From Minisyncoccota bacterium (GTDB lineage Bacteria; Patescibacteriota; Minisyncoccia; UBA6257; GWB1-50-10): a DNA stretch of 64,000 nucleotides. The number at the start of each line of letters is the position of its first letter. Position 1 is the stretch's first letter. Below, in pieces: positions 53,986-63,515 of this stretch. Location: positions 40,920 through 104,919 of the forward strand of contig JAGVBB010000003.1 of NCBI GenBank assembly GCA_020059915.1. The letters are read 5' to 3'. Position numbers and translations under genes: made by a program. The notes below the pieces were generated by a model. It did no database searches. It was not told the DNA's origin and saw only the letters and a program-made list of their open reading frames with translations.

Positions 53986-56685
53986 TTATGCAAACTTTTT
54001 TGAGAACATCATATTCAATTTTTTTGAAAAAAGACGAGAGAAAAGCTTTCTTACTTCTTCCAATACAAGAATAGATAATGAGACCACTATTGCAAACACC
54101 CAATCAGAGCTGTTTAATGGCACCGTATGAAGATACCTTTGCATGAATGGATTATACACGGCAAATATATGGAATGTTATAACAGCTATAGTTGCATATA
54201 CGAGATACATATTATTAAATGGGTTTTTTGAGAATAGAGATTTATTTTCATACTTACAATTCCACGCATTGAACCATTGGAAGACAGCAAGCGTGGTGAG
54301 AGACATGGTGAGTGCTTTTTCTATTCCCGTCTCAAGGTATTGAGAAAATACAAATATGGTCCCGATTGCTATGATAATTCCCATATATATCATTCTACGT
54401 ACGGAAAAGGCATCAAGAATAAATCGAGATGGCTTATTATATTTTTTTGTTAAGAGATTGTCTTCTTTTGGCTCCATAACAAGAGAGATATCAAGGAACC
54501 CATCGGTTATAAAGTTGAGCCAAATGATTTGAGCAGGAAGGATCGGCAATGGAAAACCCAAAAGCATTGATACGAGAATAACGAGAGCTTCGCCAACACT
54601 TGTTGAAAACAAATAGAGAATAACACGTTTAATTGTTTTATAGATATTTCGCCCTTCTTCTACCGCGGTAATAATATTTCCAAAATTATCATCTAATAAA
54701 ATAATATCCGAGGCCTCTTTTGCAACTTCTGTCCCCACCTTCCCCATAGCAACGCCAAGATCTGCCGCAGCAAGCGATGGTGCATCATTAACCCCATCGC
54801 CGGTCATTGCTACTACCTCCCCGCGTTTCCGAAATAATTCGATAATGCGTAATTTATGATTTGGTGTGACACGCGCAAATACATTACATTCTGCAAATCG
54901 TTCAAGTAGTTCATCATCAGAAAGTTTTTCCAATTCTTCCCCCGTTATGACGCTGGTGGAATGACCGATAAGTCCCGCTTCGTCCGCAATCGCACGTGCA
55001 GTTATTTTATGGTCACCCGTTATCATAACAACGCGTATTCCCGCCTTATGGGCGTCTTGGATAGCGATAATTGCTTCTTCTCGAATTGGATCTTTAAGGG
55101 CAAAAAAACCACAAAATGTGAGAGATGGGAGTTCATTATTTGATACAACTGCAGGAGCGTCTGGATTCATGGCAAATGCTAACACACGGAATCCTTGTTT
55201 TGACATACGAGAAAAAATTTCTTCAAGTTCAACTTTTTCTTCAAGGGATAGATGTTCTGATTTTTTTTCTCTCCATACACGATCGGCAAGTGCAAGGATT
55301 TTTTCCGGAGCACCAATTACCGACATAAAATTCTTATTTTCAAACGTGTGAATAGTGAGATGGAATTTTGTTGTGTAATCGAATGGGAGCTCAAAAATTT
55401 TCTTTATTCCCTGCTCTATGCCAGTGAACCCAACTTTTTGCGAAAATACGCCAAGTGCCGCTTCCGTTGGATCTCCAGAAACTTTCCATGAGTCTGTTTT
55501 TTCCATATATATAGCATGGGCATTTGAACAAAATGAGGCGATTTTTCCAGAAAGTGCAATATCTGGATGATTGAGTGGATTTATTGGTTTTCCCTCGAAG
55601 AGAATATTTCCTGTTGGTTCGTATCCGTTACTTTCCACATCAAACAATTGTTTATTTATATACACTTGTTTAAGTACCATTTCATTTTTGGTGAGTGTTC
55701 CCGTTTTATCAACAGCAATTATTTTTGCCTGACCAAGCGCTTCAACAGCTTGCAATCTTTTTACCAACACATTTTTTTTAGTCATTCGCCAAACTCCTGT
55801 GGCAAGCACTAAGGTCATTACGATAGGTAATCCTTCTGGAATAATTGAAACGGAAAGAGAGACAACTGTGGAAAACATTTCGAGTAGCGATCTTCCTGAA
55901 AGAAGCCCAACAATCATGATTACAGCGCTTATCACAAACACTGTTGCAATGATGAGCCTTGAAAGATTTTTTATGTTTCGTTTCAATGGGACATCTGTAT
56001 CAACAGAAACAATTGCTTGAGAGATTTTTCCTATTTCACTCATAACCCCCGTTGAAACAGCAATTGCAGTTCCGTTCCCACTTACTATATTTGTTCCCTT
56101 GAACACCATATTTTTTTGATCGTGAACAGGAAGCACTACATTATCCAATGCATTGGATATCTTTGATATGGGCGCGGATTCTCCCGTCAAACTTGATTCA
56201 TTCACTTTGAGATTATTGGAAGAAATAATTCGAGCATCAGCAGGAACTTTATCTCCTTCTTGAAGTACTACTATATCACCCGGAACAATTTCTTTATCTG
56301 GAACTACAAAAATTTTACCATCACGCAATACTGATGCTGATGTTTCAACAAACTGTTTCAATGCAAGCAGTGTGCGTTGTGCCTTCCCTTCCTGAACCGT
56401 TCCCATAATTGCATTAAAGAGAAGAACAATAAAAATAATTACCGCATCTGCGATTTCCCCAATGACAAGCACGATTCCCGCAGCTGCCAACAAAATATAG
56501 ATTAATGGACTTGAAAATTGAGAAAAGAAAATAGAAAGAATACCCAACTGCTTTGCTTCAGGAAGTGCGTTTATTCCATATTTTTTAAGGCGATTTTCTA
56601 TTGATTTGCTCGCCAATCCAGATTCATGAGAGTCTAATTCCTTGATAATTTCTATCGGTTCTTTTGCATACCATTGAGTGCTCAT
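53986..56685 (-). CDS. P-type cation-transporting ATPase (type IIA, Ca2+-ATPase-like)
   Basis: DKTGTLT phosphorylation site, TGDHKITA, GDGVNDAPSL, and ten TM helices. Confidence 0.9.
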   Translation of the reverse strand: MSTQWYAKEPIEIIKELDSHESGLASKSIENRLKKYGINALPEAKQLGILSIFFSQFSSPLIYILLAAAGIVLVIGEIADAVIIFIVLLFNAIMGTVQEGKAQRTLLALKQFVETSASVLRDGKIFVVPDKEIVPGDIVVLQEGDKVPADARIISSNNLKVNESSLTGESAPISKISNALDNVVLPVHDQKNMVFKGTNIVSGNGTAIAVSTGVMSEIGKISQAIVSVDTDVPLKRNIKNLSRLIIATVFVISAVIMIVGLLSGRSLLEMFSTVVSLSVSIIPEGLPIVMTLVLATGVWRMTKKNVLVKRLQAVEALGQAKIIAVDKTGTLTKNEMVLKQVYINKQLFDVESNGYEPTGNILFEGKPINPLNHPDIALSGKIASFCSNAHAIYMEKTDSWKVSGDPTEAALGVFSQKVGFTGIEQGIKKIFELPFDYTTKFHLTIHTFENKNFMSVIGAPEKILALADRVWREKKSEHLSLEEKVELEEIFSRMSKQGFRVLAFAMNPDAPAVVSNNELPSLTFCGFFALKDPIREEAIIAIQDAHKAGIRVVMITGDHKITARAIADEAGLIGHSTSVITGEELEKLSDDELLERFAECNVFARVTPNHKLRIIELFRKRGEVVAMTGDGVNDAPSLAAADLGVAMGKVGTEVAKEASDIILLDDNFGNIITAVEEGRNIYKTIKRVILYLFSTSVGEALVILVSMLLGFPLPILPAQIIWLNFITDGFLDISLVMEPKEDNLLTKKYNKPSRFILDAFSVRRMIYMGIIIAIGTIFVFSQYLETGIEKALTMSLTTLAVFQWFNAWNCKYENKSLFSKNPFNNMYLVYATIAVITFHIFAVYNPFMQRYLHTVPLNSSDWVFAIVVSLSILVLEEVRKLFSRLFSKKLNMMFSKKFA

Positions 56686-56753
56686 CTGTTTATTTTATCA
56701 GAAAAATTGCTGTATTGGACAGCAATTACTACAACAAGGTGTATAATACATAT

Positions 56754-56939
56754 ATGGATATTTTTAAAACTCGTACCTATACATGGTGGCAGGTCGCTTT
56801 AATAAAAATAACACTTCTTTTTATTGGTATTGGTATCGGTTCCTATTGGGCCGAAACATTTTATCCAATAGCGCTGTTACTTATTGTTATTGGATTGGTA
56901 ATTGGAATCTACCTCGCAGTAATTACACTCAGAAAATAA
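56754..56939 (+). CDS. hypothetical small 2-TM membrane protein
   Basis: ATG at 56754 after an extended -10 (tgtataat). A terminator aatccccgtatgtacggggatttttatt follows. Confidence 0.3.
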   Translation: MDIFKTRTYTWWQVALIKITLLFIGIGIGSYWAETFYPIALLLIVIGLVIGIYLAVITLRK

Positions 56940-56976
56940 ATAGATAACAAAATCCCCGTATGTACGGGGATTTTTA

Positions 56977-57345
56977 TTATTCAGAAAAGATTATTTGAGC
57001 ATGATTTACATAAAATGCGGGGTGATTATCTCCGATTTCATTCAATATTTTTTCTGTTGACTCTTTCCAGCGAGGGTCCATATCCACAACGTTTTCGCTC
57101 TCAATGCATTGCTTTGCTTCTTCAAGTGAGGCGAACAACGCAGAAATTGGAGACGTATGCCAATCGTCCCAAAAAATATTTCTTCCAATGGCAATTGGAG
57201 TCCATAGAGGAATCATTCTCAATCCGGCAAGAATTGGACTTTCTGTTTTTACGTAGATTTTCTCTACTGTCGCATCTTTTGTTTCTTCGTCATAAAGAAA
57301 CTGATAAATTGAGGTTCTGGTAACGGCAAAAAATTCGTTTCGCAT
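56977..57345 (-). CDS. hypothetical protein
   Basis: 122-aa ORF with no recognised motif. Confidence 0.4.
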   Translation of the reverse strand: MRNEFFAVTRTSIYQFLYDEETKDATVEKIYVKTESPILAGLRMIPLWTPIAIGRNIFWDDWHTSPISALFASLEEAKQCIESENVVDMDPRWKESTEKILNEIGDNHPAFYVNHAQIIFSE

Positions 57346-57447
57346 ATACCCTCCTATTTGTTAACGGTATCTACATAGTAGTGCCAACAGTAATATTGAG
57401 TCAATGGAAGTTTTTTGTAAGAAATAACAGGTGTATAGTGTATTAAT

Positions 57448-58005
57448 ATGGTGGAGCAAATTCCAGAATCAAGCGATGAAATTATCGCCGTCCGAATTCA
57501 ACAGGGAAACACACAAGCATTAGGAATTCTGATTGACCGATATGAGACAAAACTGAAACGCTATGGTATGCGGTTTTTGGCGTATGATGATGACATTAAT
57601 GATGCCGTTCAAGAGATATTTATCAAGACGTACCAAAACATTCAAAGCTTTGATTCGACAAGAAAATTTTCATCGTGGATATATCGCATTGCACACAACG
57701 AATTTATAAACCACATACGCAAACACGCAAAAGATCCGCTTCCCTTTCTTGATTTTGAAGTGGACGCTCTTATCCCCCATCCTTTTTCCGAACATACACC
57801 AGAAAATGATATGGAACGAAAAGAAGTTCGGGAGATGATGGACAAGGCACTCAAAAAACTTTCACCAAAATATCGAGAAATTCTTCTTCTTTTTTATTAT
57901 GAAGAGTTATCATATGAAGAAATTGCTGATATTTTACGGATACCAAAAACAACAGTCGGCGTTCGATTAAATCGAGCAAAGAAAGAATTAAGAAAACAAT
58001 TATGA
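57448..58005 (+). CDS. RNA polymerase sigma factor, ECF subfamily
   Basis: Region 2 (IFIKTYQNIQSFDSTRKFSSWIYRIAHNEFINHIRK) and region 4 (LSYEEIADILRIPKTTVGVRLNRAKKELRK). Confidence 0.8.
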   Translation: MVEQIPESSDEIIAVRIQQGNTQALGILIDRYETKLKRYGMRFLAYDDDINDAVQEIFIKTYQNIQSFDSTRKFSSWIYRIAHNEFINHIRKHAKDPLPFLDFEVDALIPHPFSEHTPENDMERKEVREMMDKALKKLSPKYREILLLFYYEELSYEEIADILRIPKTTVGVRLNRAKKELRKQL

Positions 58006-58709
58006 CACATTTAAGAGAAACAATTTTAAAAAAGATTCATGAAAAAGAAGTTGTTATGAGACCACGATGGCCATTTGTGTTACGGGGAATACTACGAATT
58101 ATTCTTGTGGCTGTTGTTATTTGTTTTGCATTGTTTGTCATGATGGTGCTTATGGTAGCACTCAGAGAAAATGGACTCATGCAGTTGCCGGCGTTTGGAG
58201 CACCCGGATTATTCCATTTCTTTATCAATCTTCCATGGCTTATTATCCTTGGTGTGTTTATCGCATTGATTATTGTTGAGATCCTTTTTAAAAAGTTCTC
58301 ATTTGGATATCGAACTCCAGCCCTTATCACACTTGGTGTAATAGGTGTGGGAACTGTTCTTGGTGGGTTGTTCCTTTCTTCTATTGGACCACGCGCAATG
58401 ACTGACAGAATCAGAAACAATGCGTTTGTAAGAAGTGAGATGATGCGGGAAGGGCCGGAATTTATCAGACAAAAACCACTTACCCATGGTATTATTCGTG
58501 AGCTTAACGTTTCTGATATGTTGTTAGAAACAGAGGATGAAACGGTGCGAGTACTCTTTGATGAATCTACGCGATTCCCCGATGGCAAAGAGATACTTTT
58601 TGTCGGATCCCCTATATTTGTTGGTGGATTACGAAACGGAAGTATTATTAAAGCATTTGGCATATCAAACGAACCACCCGAGTTAAAATTTTATAGGATG
58701 AGAAAATAA
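58002..58709 (+). CDS. putative membrane anti-sigma factor
   Basis: Overlaps the sigma-gene stop (ATGA). Short cytoplasmic N-terminus, three to four TM segments and a C-terminal extracytoplasmic domain. The terminator aaaaatccccgcatcatgcggggtttttt follows. Confidence 0.45.
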   Translation: MTHLRETILKKIHEKEVVMRPRWPFVLRGILRIILVAVVICFALFVMMVLMVALRENGLMQLPAFGAPGLFHFFINLPWLIILGVFIALIIVEILFKKFSFGYRTPALITLGVIGVGTVLGGLFLSSIGPRAMTDRIRNNAFVRSEMMREGPEFIRQKPLTHGIIRELNVSDMLLETEDETVRVLFDESTRFPDGKEILFVGSPIFVGGLRNGSIIKAFGISNEPPELKFYRMRK

Positions 58710-58745
58710 TATAGAAATAAAAATCCCCGCATCATGCGGGGTTTT

Positions 58746-59486
58746 TTAATATTGTTCGACAACAGAGATGAGATACATTCCAGATTCTTCTGATACATTA
58801 TTCACAAATATACTATATCTCCATCGGTTTCCTTTTGGCGTTATTGTGGACATAGTTCCTTGTGGAAGAAAATCATGAAACGTGAAATTTTCCTCATCAT
58901 CTATCTTTTTGATCAAGAATTCACCAATCATATCCTGGAGCTCGTCTGTTTTAATACAGAAAAGTTCAACAGAACGCGACCCTACATCAATTCGCTGATT
59001 CATAACCTTCCAGATATCATGTTCAACATTATTCAGATATGAAAATGTTTCACAGAATATTACGTTTTTCGACATGAGATAATTACGCAATGAACCGGGA
59101 TCCAGTGCAATCAGCATAGTTCGAAACTCTTCAGCTTCCTCATCGGTAAATTCGTTTGCAATCATGAGTGTATTGCCAATGGAAAGAGAAAATGAATGAA
59201 AAACAGATTTGTCCATGTTCCCTGAAAGAGCCATCTCTTTAAAGAATGGCATGTTTCTAAATCTTCCCAAGAGTTTACACGACTCTATAAAGTAGCCTGG
59301 AAGTTTTCGTAGTTCGAGAAGTGAGAGTATAAAACACACTAAATATTTCCTTGCTAACTCAGGAAATTGCAATAATTCTTTCCGTGTGTGTTCAACTAGT
59401 TCCTTATGACTTACGGTATACACAAGTCCTCCATAATTTGTTAATGAATATAGCAATACTTTCCCATATTTGGGATTATATGTCAA
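58746..59486 (-). CDS. hypothetical protein
   Basis: 246-aa ORF with no recognised motif. Confidence 0.4.
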   Translation of the reverse strand: MTYNPKYGKVLLYSLTNYGGLVYTVSHKELVEHTRKELLQFPELARKYLVCFILSLLELRKLPGYFIESCKLLGRFRNMPFFKEMALSGNMDKSVFHSFSLSIGNTLMIANEFTDEEAEEFRTMLIALDPGSLRNYLMSKNVIFCETFSYLNNVEHDIWKVMNQRIDVGSRSVELFCIKTDELQDMIGEFLIKKIDDEENFTFHDFLPQGTMSTITPKGNRWRYSIFVNNVSEESGMYLISVVEQY

Positions 59487-59520
59487 ATAAATACATAGCT
59501 GTATCGGTCAATTTTGTGAT

Positions 59521-59883
59521 ATGCTGTATATAATGAAGCAATTTAGAGAGAGTTTTGGGCACGCATTTGATGGACTATCTTATGTGTGGCGAGAAGAACG
59601 CAACTTTCGCATACAGGTACTGTTAGGAGCTCTTGTTGTGTTGGGTATGTTTCTCGTTGACTTCTCTTATGAGGCGATGGGACTAGCGGTGGTGGCAATT
59701 GTTTTGGTCCTTACCGCAGAAACGATAAATACCGCATTTGAGGACACGCTTGATGTTATTGACCCCAACCACAATGCACGCATAGGAAAGATAAAAGATA
59801 TTGCCGCGGGAGTCGTGGTACTTTGTGTTTTTGGCGCTGTCGCTATTGGATTTTTTGTCATTTTTTCTTATTTTTCCCTATAA
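59521..59883 (+). CDS. dgkA: diacylglycerol kinase (prokaryotic DgkA family)
   Basis: Three TM helices and the conserved ETINTAFEDTLD motif. Confidence 0.8.
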   Translation: MLYIMKQFRESFGHAFDGLSYVWREERNFRIQVLLGALVVLGMFLVDFSYEAMGLAVVAIVLVLTAETINTAFEDTLDVIDPNHNARIGKIKDIAAGVVVLCVFGAVAIGFFVIFSYFSL

Positions 59884-59887
59884 CAAC

Positions 59888-60463
59888 ATGAGATTGCGCG
59901 ATCGAATCACAGAATATCTATATCCGATAATTATCGTGATTATCATACTAACGGTTATTTTCTTATTTTTTTATCTTGCAACATTTATCTCCGGGATAGT
60001 TGATACTGCATTGGAGCAAGAGCAAAAAACACAAACCAAAGAGCTCGCCATTGAGGCGGAAGCATATGAGGCCGCGACAAAACCCGAAGAAATACCGCTT
60101 ACACACGAAACATATAGCACGACCACAACAAACGAAACAACAACATCTTTACTTGTTGAAGAAAAACCACAAGAAAACAAGGCGCTTATTACAATCTCGG
60201 TTCTCAACAGTACCGCAATGGCAGGAAAAGCAGGAGAACTTTCTTCATTGCTTGCATCACAGGGATATAAAGTGCTCTTTGTTGGAAATGAAAAAAAACA
60301 ACAACCAACGACACTCATAAAAGTAAAAGATACATCAAAAAAAATATTTCCTGTCTCAATTTCAGAAATTACCAATATTGTGAAAAGTATCTATACCATA
60401 ACGGAGGTGCCACTTGAAGCAACTTCGGAATATGATCTCGTTATCGTTATTGGAATGAGTTAG
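59888..60463 (+). CDS. LytR_C-domain membrane-anchored protein
   Basis: N-terminal TM, then ITISVLNSTAMAGKAGELSSLLASQGYKV matching the LytR C-terminal (LytR_C) domain. Start reassigned to the ATG at 59888. Confidence 0.55.
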   Translation: MRLRDRITEYLYPIIIVIIILTVIFLFFYLATFISGIVDTALEQEQKTQTKELAIEAEAYEAATKPEEIPLTHETYSTTTTNETTTSLLVEEKPQENKALITISVLNSTAMAGKAGELSSLLASQGYKVLFVGNEKKQQPTTLIKVKDTSKKIFPVSISEITNIVKSIYTITEVPLEATSEYDLVIVIGMS

Positions 60464-60490
60464 TCCCCGCTTATCAAACGCCATATTCTG

Positions 60491-61747
60491 TTGTATGCTC
60501 ATAGCATAGATATGAAATTTGCATCCATTACAGAACTATATCAGTCGCTTATTCTTTCGCTTTCACAGGCGGATTTTTCTTTTGGAATAAAAGATTTTTT
60601 TGATATTCTCCTTATTACCTCCCTCTTTTATATTGTGTTTCTTCTTATCAAACGAACACATTCAACATTCATTGTAACTGGTGCAACTATTTTCGGACTT
60701 ATTTATGTAATTGCAAAAGTGTTCAATCTTTATATTACTCGAGTATTTTTCCAAACTATTTTTCCGTTCTTTATCTTTATTATTGTGGTTATCTTCCAAC
60801 GAGAAATTCGTTATTTCTTTGAGTGGCTTGCAACGTGGCGCTCATTATCATTTTTGAAACAAAAATCGTCGCTTGCCGAGAATACCATTAACGACATTCT
60901 CGCGGCAGTACAAAAATTTAAAGAAACAAAAACAGGAGCGTTGATCGTGTTTCCAGGGAGACAAAGCATTGACCAGTTTGTACAAGGCGGGACAGGACTT
61001 TTTGGAAGAATTTCATTTCCATTACTCCTTAGTATTTTTGATGATTCAACACCAGGGCATGACGGAGCAATAATTATAAAGGACAATCGCATTGAAAAAT
61101 TTGGCGTTCGCCTCCCCCTTTCTGACCGATTTAAATCGGAGGTTATGGGAACACGACACTGTGCAGGGGTTGGTATTTCTGAACGAAGTGATGCATTTAC
61201 TATTGTTGTTTCTGAAGAACGAGGCATTGTTTCATATACATATAAAGGTATGCTCACCCAAACAAAAGAAATGATTGAGTTGAAAGATGCACTCCAAGGA
61301 TTTCTTTCCGACCAGATTCCCGATCCAACACCGCGCGCCCGATGGCACTCATTACTTACAAAAAATGTCGGATTAAAAATTGGTGCGATTTCCCTTTCTA
61401 CGTGTATCTGGTTTGGTTTTGCGCTTTCCGCACAAAGCGGTATTATCAATCGACAACTAGTTGCTCAAATAGAATTTAAATCGGTTCCCAAAGATTATGC
61501 GGTAGAACTTATTACTCCAAAAGCAATTTCAGTTACACTTGCAGGAAAAAATCCTGACTTCAAACTTCTTAAAGAAAATTCAGTACGGGCAATCATAGAT
61601 ATTAAAAACAACCAGACCGAAGGAACTGAACGGCTCGCACTCTTGGAATCAATGATTGATTATCCACAAGAACTACAAATCGTTTCCTTTGAGCCCCATA
61701 CGGTGAAATATAGTATTAAAAAGATAGAAGTTAAGGAAAAACAGTAA
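60491..61747 (+). CDS. cdaA: diadenylate cyclase CdaA fused to a YbbR/CdaR-like C-terminal domain
   Basis: Three N-terminal TM helices. DAC domain motifs DGAIIIKDNRI and GTRHCAGVGISE. An extra TM follows, then about 150 aa with YbbR-like beta-repeat character. Confidence 0.8.
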   Translation: MYAHSIDMKFASITELYQSLILSLSQADFSFGIKDFFDILLITSLFYIVFLLIKRTHSTFIVTGATIFGLIYVIAKVFNLYITRVFFQTIFPFFIFIIVVIFQREIRYFFEWLATWRSLSFLKQKSSLAENTINDILAAVQKFKETKTGALIVFPGRQSIDQFVQGGTGLFGRISFPLLLSIFDDSTPGHDGAIIIKDNRIEKFGVRLPLSDRFKSEVMGTRHCAGVGISERSDAFTIVVSEERGIVSYTYKGMLTQTKEMIELKDALQGFLSDQIPDPTPRARWHSLLTKNVGLKIGAISLSTCIWFGFALSAQSGIINRQLVAQIEFKSVPKDYAVELITPKAISVTLAGKNPDFKLLKENSVRAIIDIKNNQTEGTERLALLESMIDYPQELQIVSFEPHTVKYSIKKIEVKEKQ

Positions 61748-61809
61748 TTATTGACTTTTTTAAATAAAGTGCTATAATATAACTATCAATCTTTAAAAAA
61801 AGAGGGTGT

Positions 61810-62082
61810 GTGATGAAACACAAACAAGCAATAACAGATCGTCCTGTGGACGACATGGATAATATCGTCCCCACCTCAAATGAGAGTTTAATAGGATGCA
61901 TAAAGGAAATTGCCAATAAGTTACCATATAGAGCATACATAGTTATACAAATGCTCTATTATGAGGATTTCACAGAAAATGAAGTCTCTTGCTCAATGGG
62001 AATTCCCTTAATCCAAGTTCAAAGTATCCATAAAAAAGCGCTTGAACTTATAAAAAAACAAATTTTAGACACCCCAGCATAG
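61810..62082 (+). CDS. sigma-70 region-4-only HTH protein
   Basis: LPYRAYIVIQMLYYEDFTENEVSCSMGIPLIQVQSIHKKALELIKK matches sigma70_r4_2. There is no region 2. The terminator acacccc-agcat-aggggtgt follows. Confidence 0.45.
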   Translation: MMKHKQAITDRPVDDMDNIVPTSNESLIGCIKEIANKLPYRAYIVIQMLYYEDFTENEVSCSMGIPLIQVQSIHKKALELIKKQILDTPA

Positions 62083-62088
62083 GGGTGT

Positions 62089-62868
62089 TTATTTTTGAAT
62101 AGGAAATAATGGATGCTCCCCTTCTGTAAGTTCTTTATATATTTTTGGATTTACTGCAATCATATCAAGATCGCGATAATCGTATAATGCACTCCCTATA
62201 TTTGTGACAATACCACCCGCTTCTTTTACCAAAAGAGAACCAGGGGCATAGTCATAATCTTTTCCAAACGGGTGAAAGCAGATCCTGCCATCTAATCTTC
62301 CCGAGGCAATCATTGCATATTCAAATCCAGCATTTATAGAATTAAAAAGAAAAGTTGATTCGATTAACTTTTGATATACCAGCTTTCCATTTTCCGTGTT
62401 TTGTTTAATTTCGTAACACATATACGCTTCACGCAAGGATCTATTACTTACAAAAATTTTCTCCCCATTTTTTGTTGCTCCCATGCCTTTTTCCGCAACA
62501 TACATTTCATCCCGAACAAAATCATAGATAACACTGAAAACCACTTCGCCTTGATCAATCAGTGCCAACATGGTCGTACAAAACGGCAATCCTCGCACGA
62601 AATGTGAGGTACCATCTATGGGGTCCAAAAGCCAAAATCGTTCCGCCATTCTGTTCCCACCACCCTCTTCACCAACAAATTCAATTGTTGGGTATAACGC
62701 GCGCAGACGCGTGGAAAGAAACGATTCAACCTTCTCATCAAGTTCCGTGACCAAATTCTGACCAGACTCGTCTTTATGTCGGACATTCCCTGGATTACCA
62801 AAATATGGAAGTACCATCTCCCGCACTTCACGAATTATTGGAACAACGGATTCTCGATATGAATTCAT
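62089..62868 (-). CDS. suhB: inositol monophosphatase-family protein
   Basis: WLLDPIDGTSHFVRG and the downstream metal-binding motif of the IMPase/FIG superfamily. Confidence 0.8.
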   Translation of the reverse strand: MNSYRESVVPIIREVREMVLPYFGNPGNVRHKDESGQNLVTELDEKVESFLSTRLRALYPTIEFVGEEGGGNRMAERFWLLDPIDGTSHFVRGLPFCTTMLALIDQGEVVFSVIYDFVRDEMYVAEKGMGATKNGEKIFVSNRSLREAYMCYEIKQNTENGKLVYQKLIESTFLFNSINAGFEYAMIASGRLDGRICFHPFGKDYDYAPGSLLVKEAGGIVTNIGSALYDYRDLDMIAVNPKIYKELTEGEHPLFPIQK

Positions 62869-62893
62869 ATAGAAAGGATATCATATATTAAAA

Positions 62894-62914
62894 AACCCGC
62901 CTAAAGCGCGGGTT
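62894..62914 (-). terminator. bidirectional hairpin terminator
   Basis: aacccgc-ctaaag-gcgggtt flanked by A/T runs. Confidence 0.45.
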
Positions 62915-63422
62915 AAAAAAGATTTGAAAAATTCATATCATTGAGGAAGTAGGTATTTTTCTTGTACCAATATACAGCATACCGATCATCATCCAAAAAA
63001 CCATACTCTTCATCTACTATCAAAAATTGGTGTATGACCACATTCTTTTCATTTTTTTGAGCTCCATCTGCAGTTTCCAAGACACACGCGCTTGCGTTCA
63101 TTCCAATCAAGAACAGTGTTTCAATACCCAATGAATCCAGCAATGTTAACAGTATTTTTACATCAGATGCCTGAAATGCATTATCGTCATCCTTGATGTA
63201 TTCATACAGATGAGGATATCCAGACAATTCATTTTTTATATCTGCAATAGTATGCCCCTCACCAAACCAACGTATATCAAAGATGGGGACATTTTTTTGT
63301 CTGCAAAGATGAATTATTTCCTTTTGGTTTTTTATAACCTGGGATAAATCTTCTTTGGGGACATTTTGCGTGAATGATTTCTGCATATCAATGATCATTA
63401 ATGCAGTATTTTCCCAGTTCAT
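62913..63422 (-). CDS. isochorismatase-family cysteine hydrolase
   Basis: N-terminal ALMIIDMQKSF and LIGMNASACVLETA match the isochorismatase-like fold motifs. Confidence 0.7.
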   Translation of the reverse strand: MNWENTALMIIDMQKSFTQNVPKEDLSQVIKNQKEIIHLCRQKNVPIFDIRWFGEGHTIADIKNELSGYPHLYEYIKDDDNAFQASDVKILLTLLDSLGIETLFLIGMNASACVLETADGAQKNEKNVVIHQFLIVDEEYGFLDDDRYAVYWYKKNTYFLNDMNFSNLF

Positions 63423-63515
63423 ACAAACCTCTTATTCAGTTTTTAATATAAATATTATAACACAGATTTTGGATAATTCAAGTATAAAAATCCCCCGCTT
63501 TTGCGGGGGTTCTTC

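Noticed and set aside
59801-59887. Extended N-terminus of the LytR_C ORF overlapping dgkA
   Set aside because: It overlaps the conserved C-terminal TM helix of DgkA out of frame. The ATG at 59888, just after the dgkA stop, gives a sensible TM-anchored LytR_C protein.
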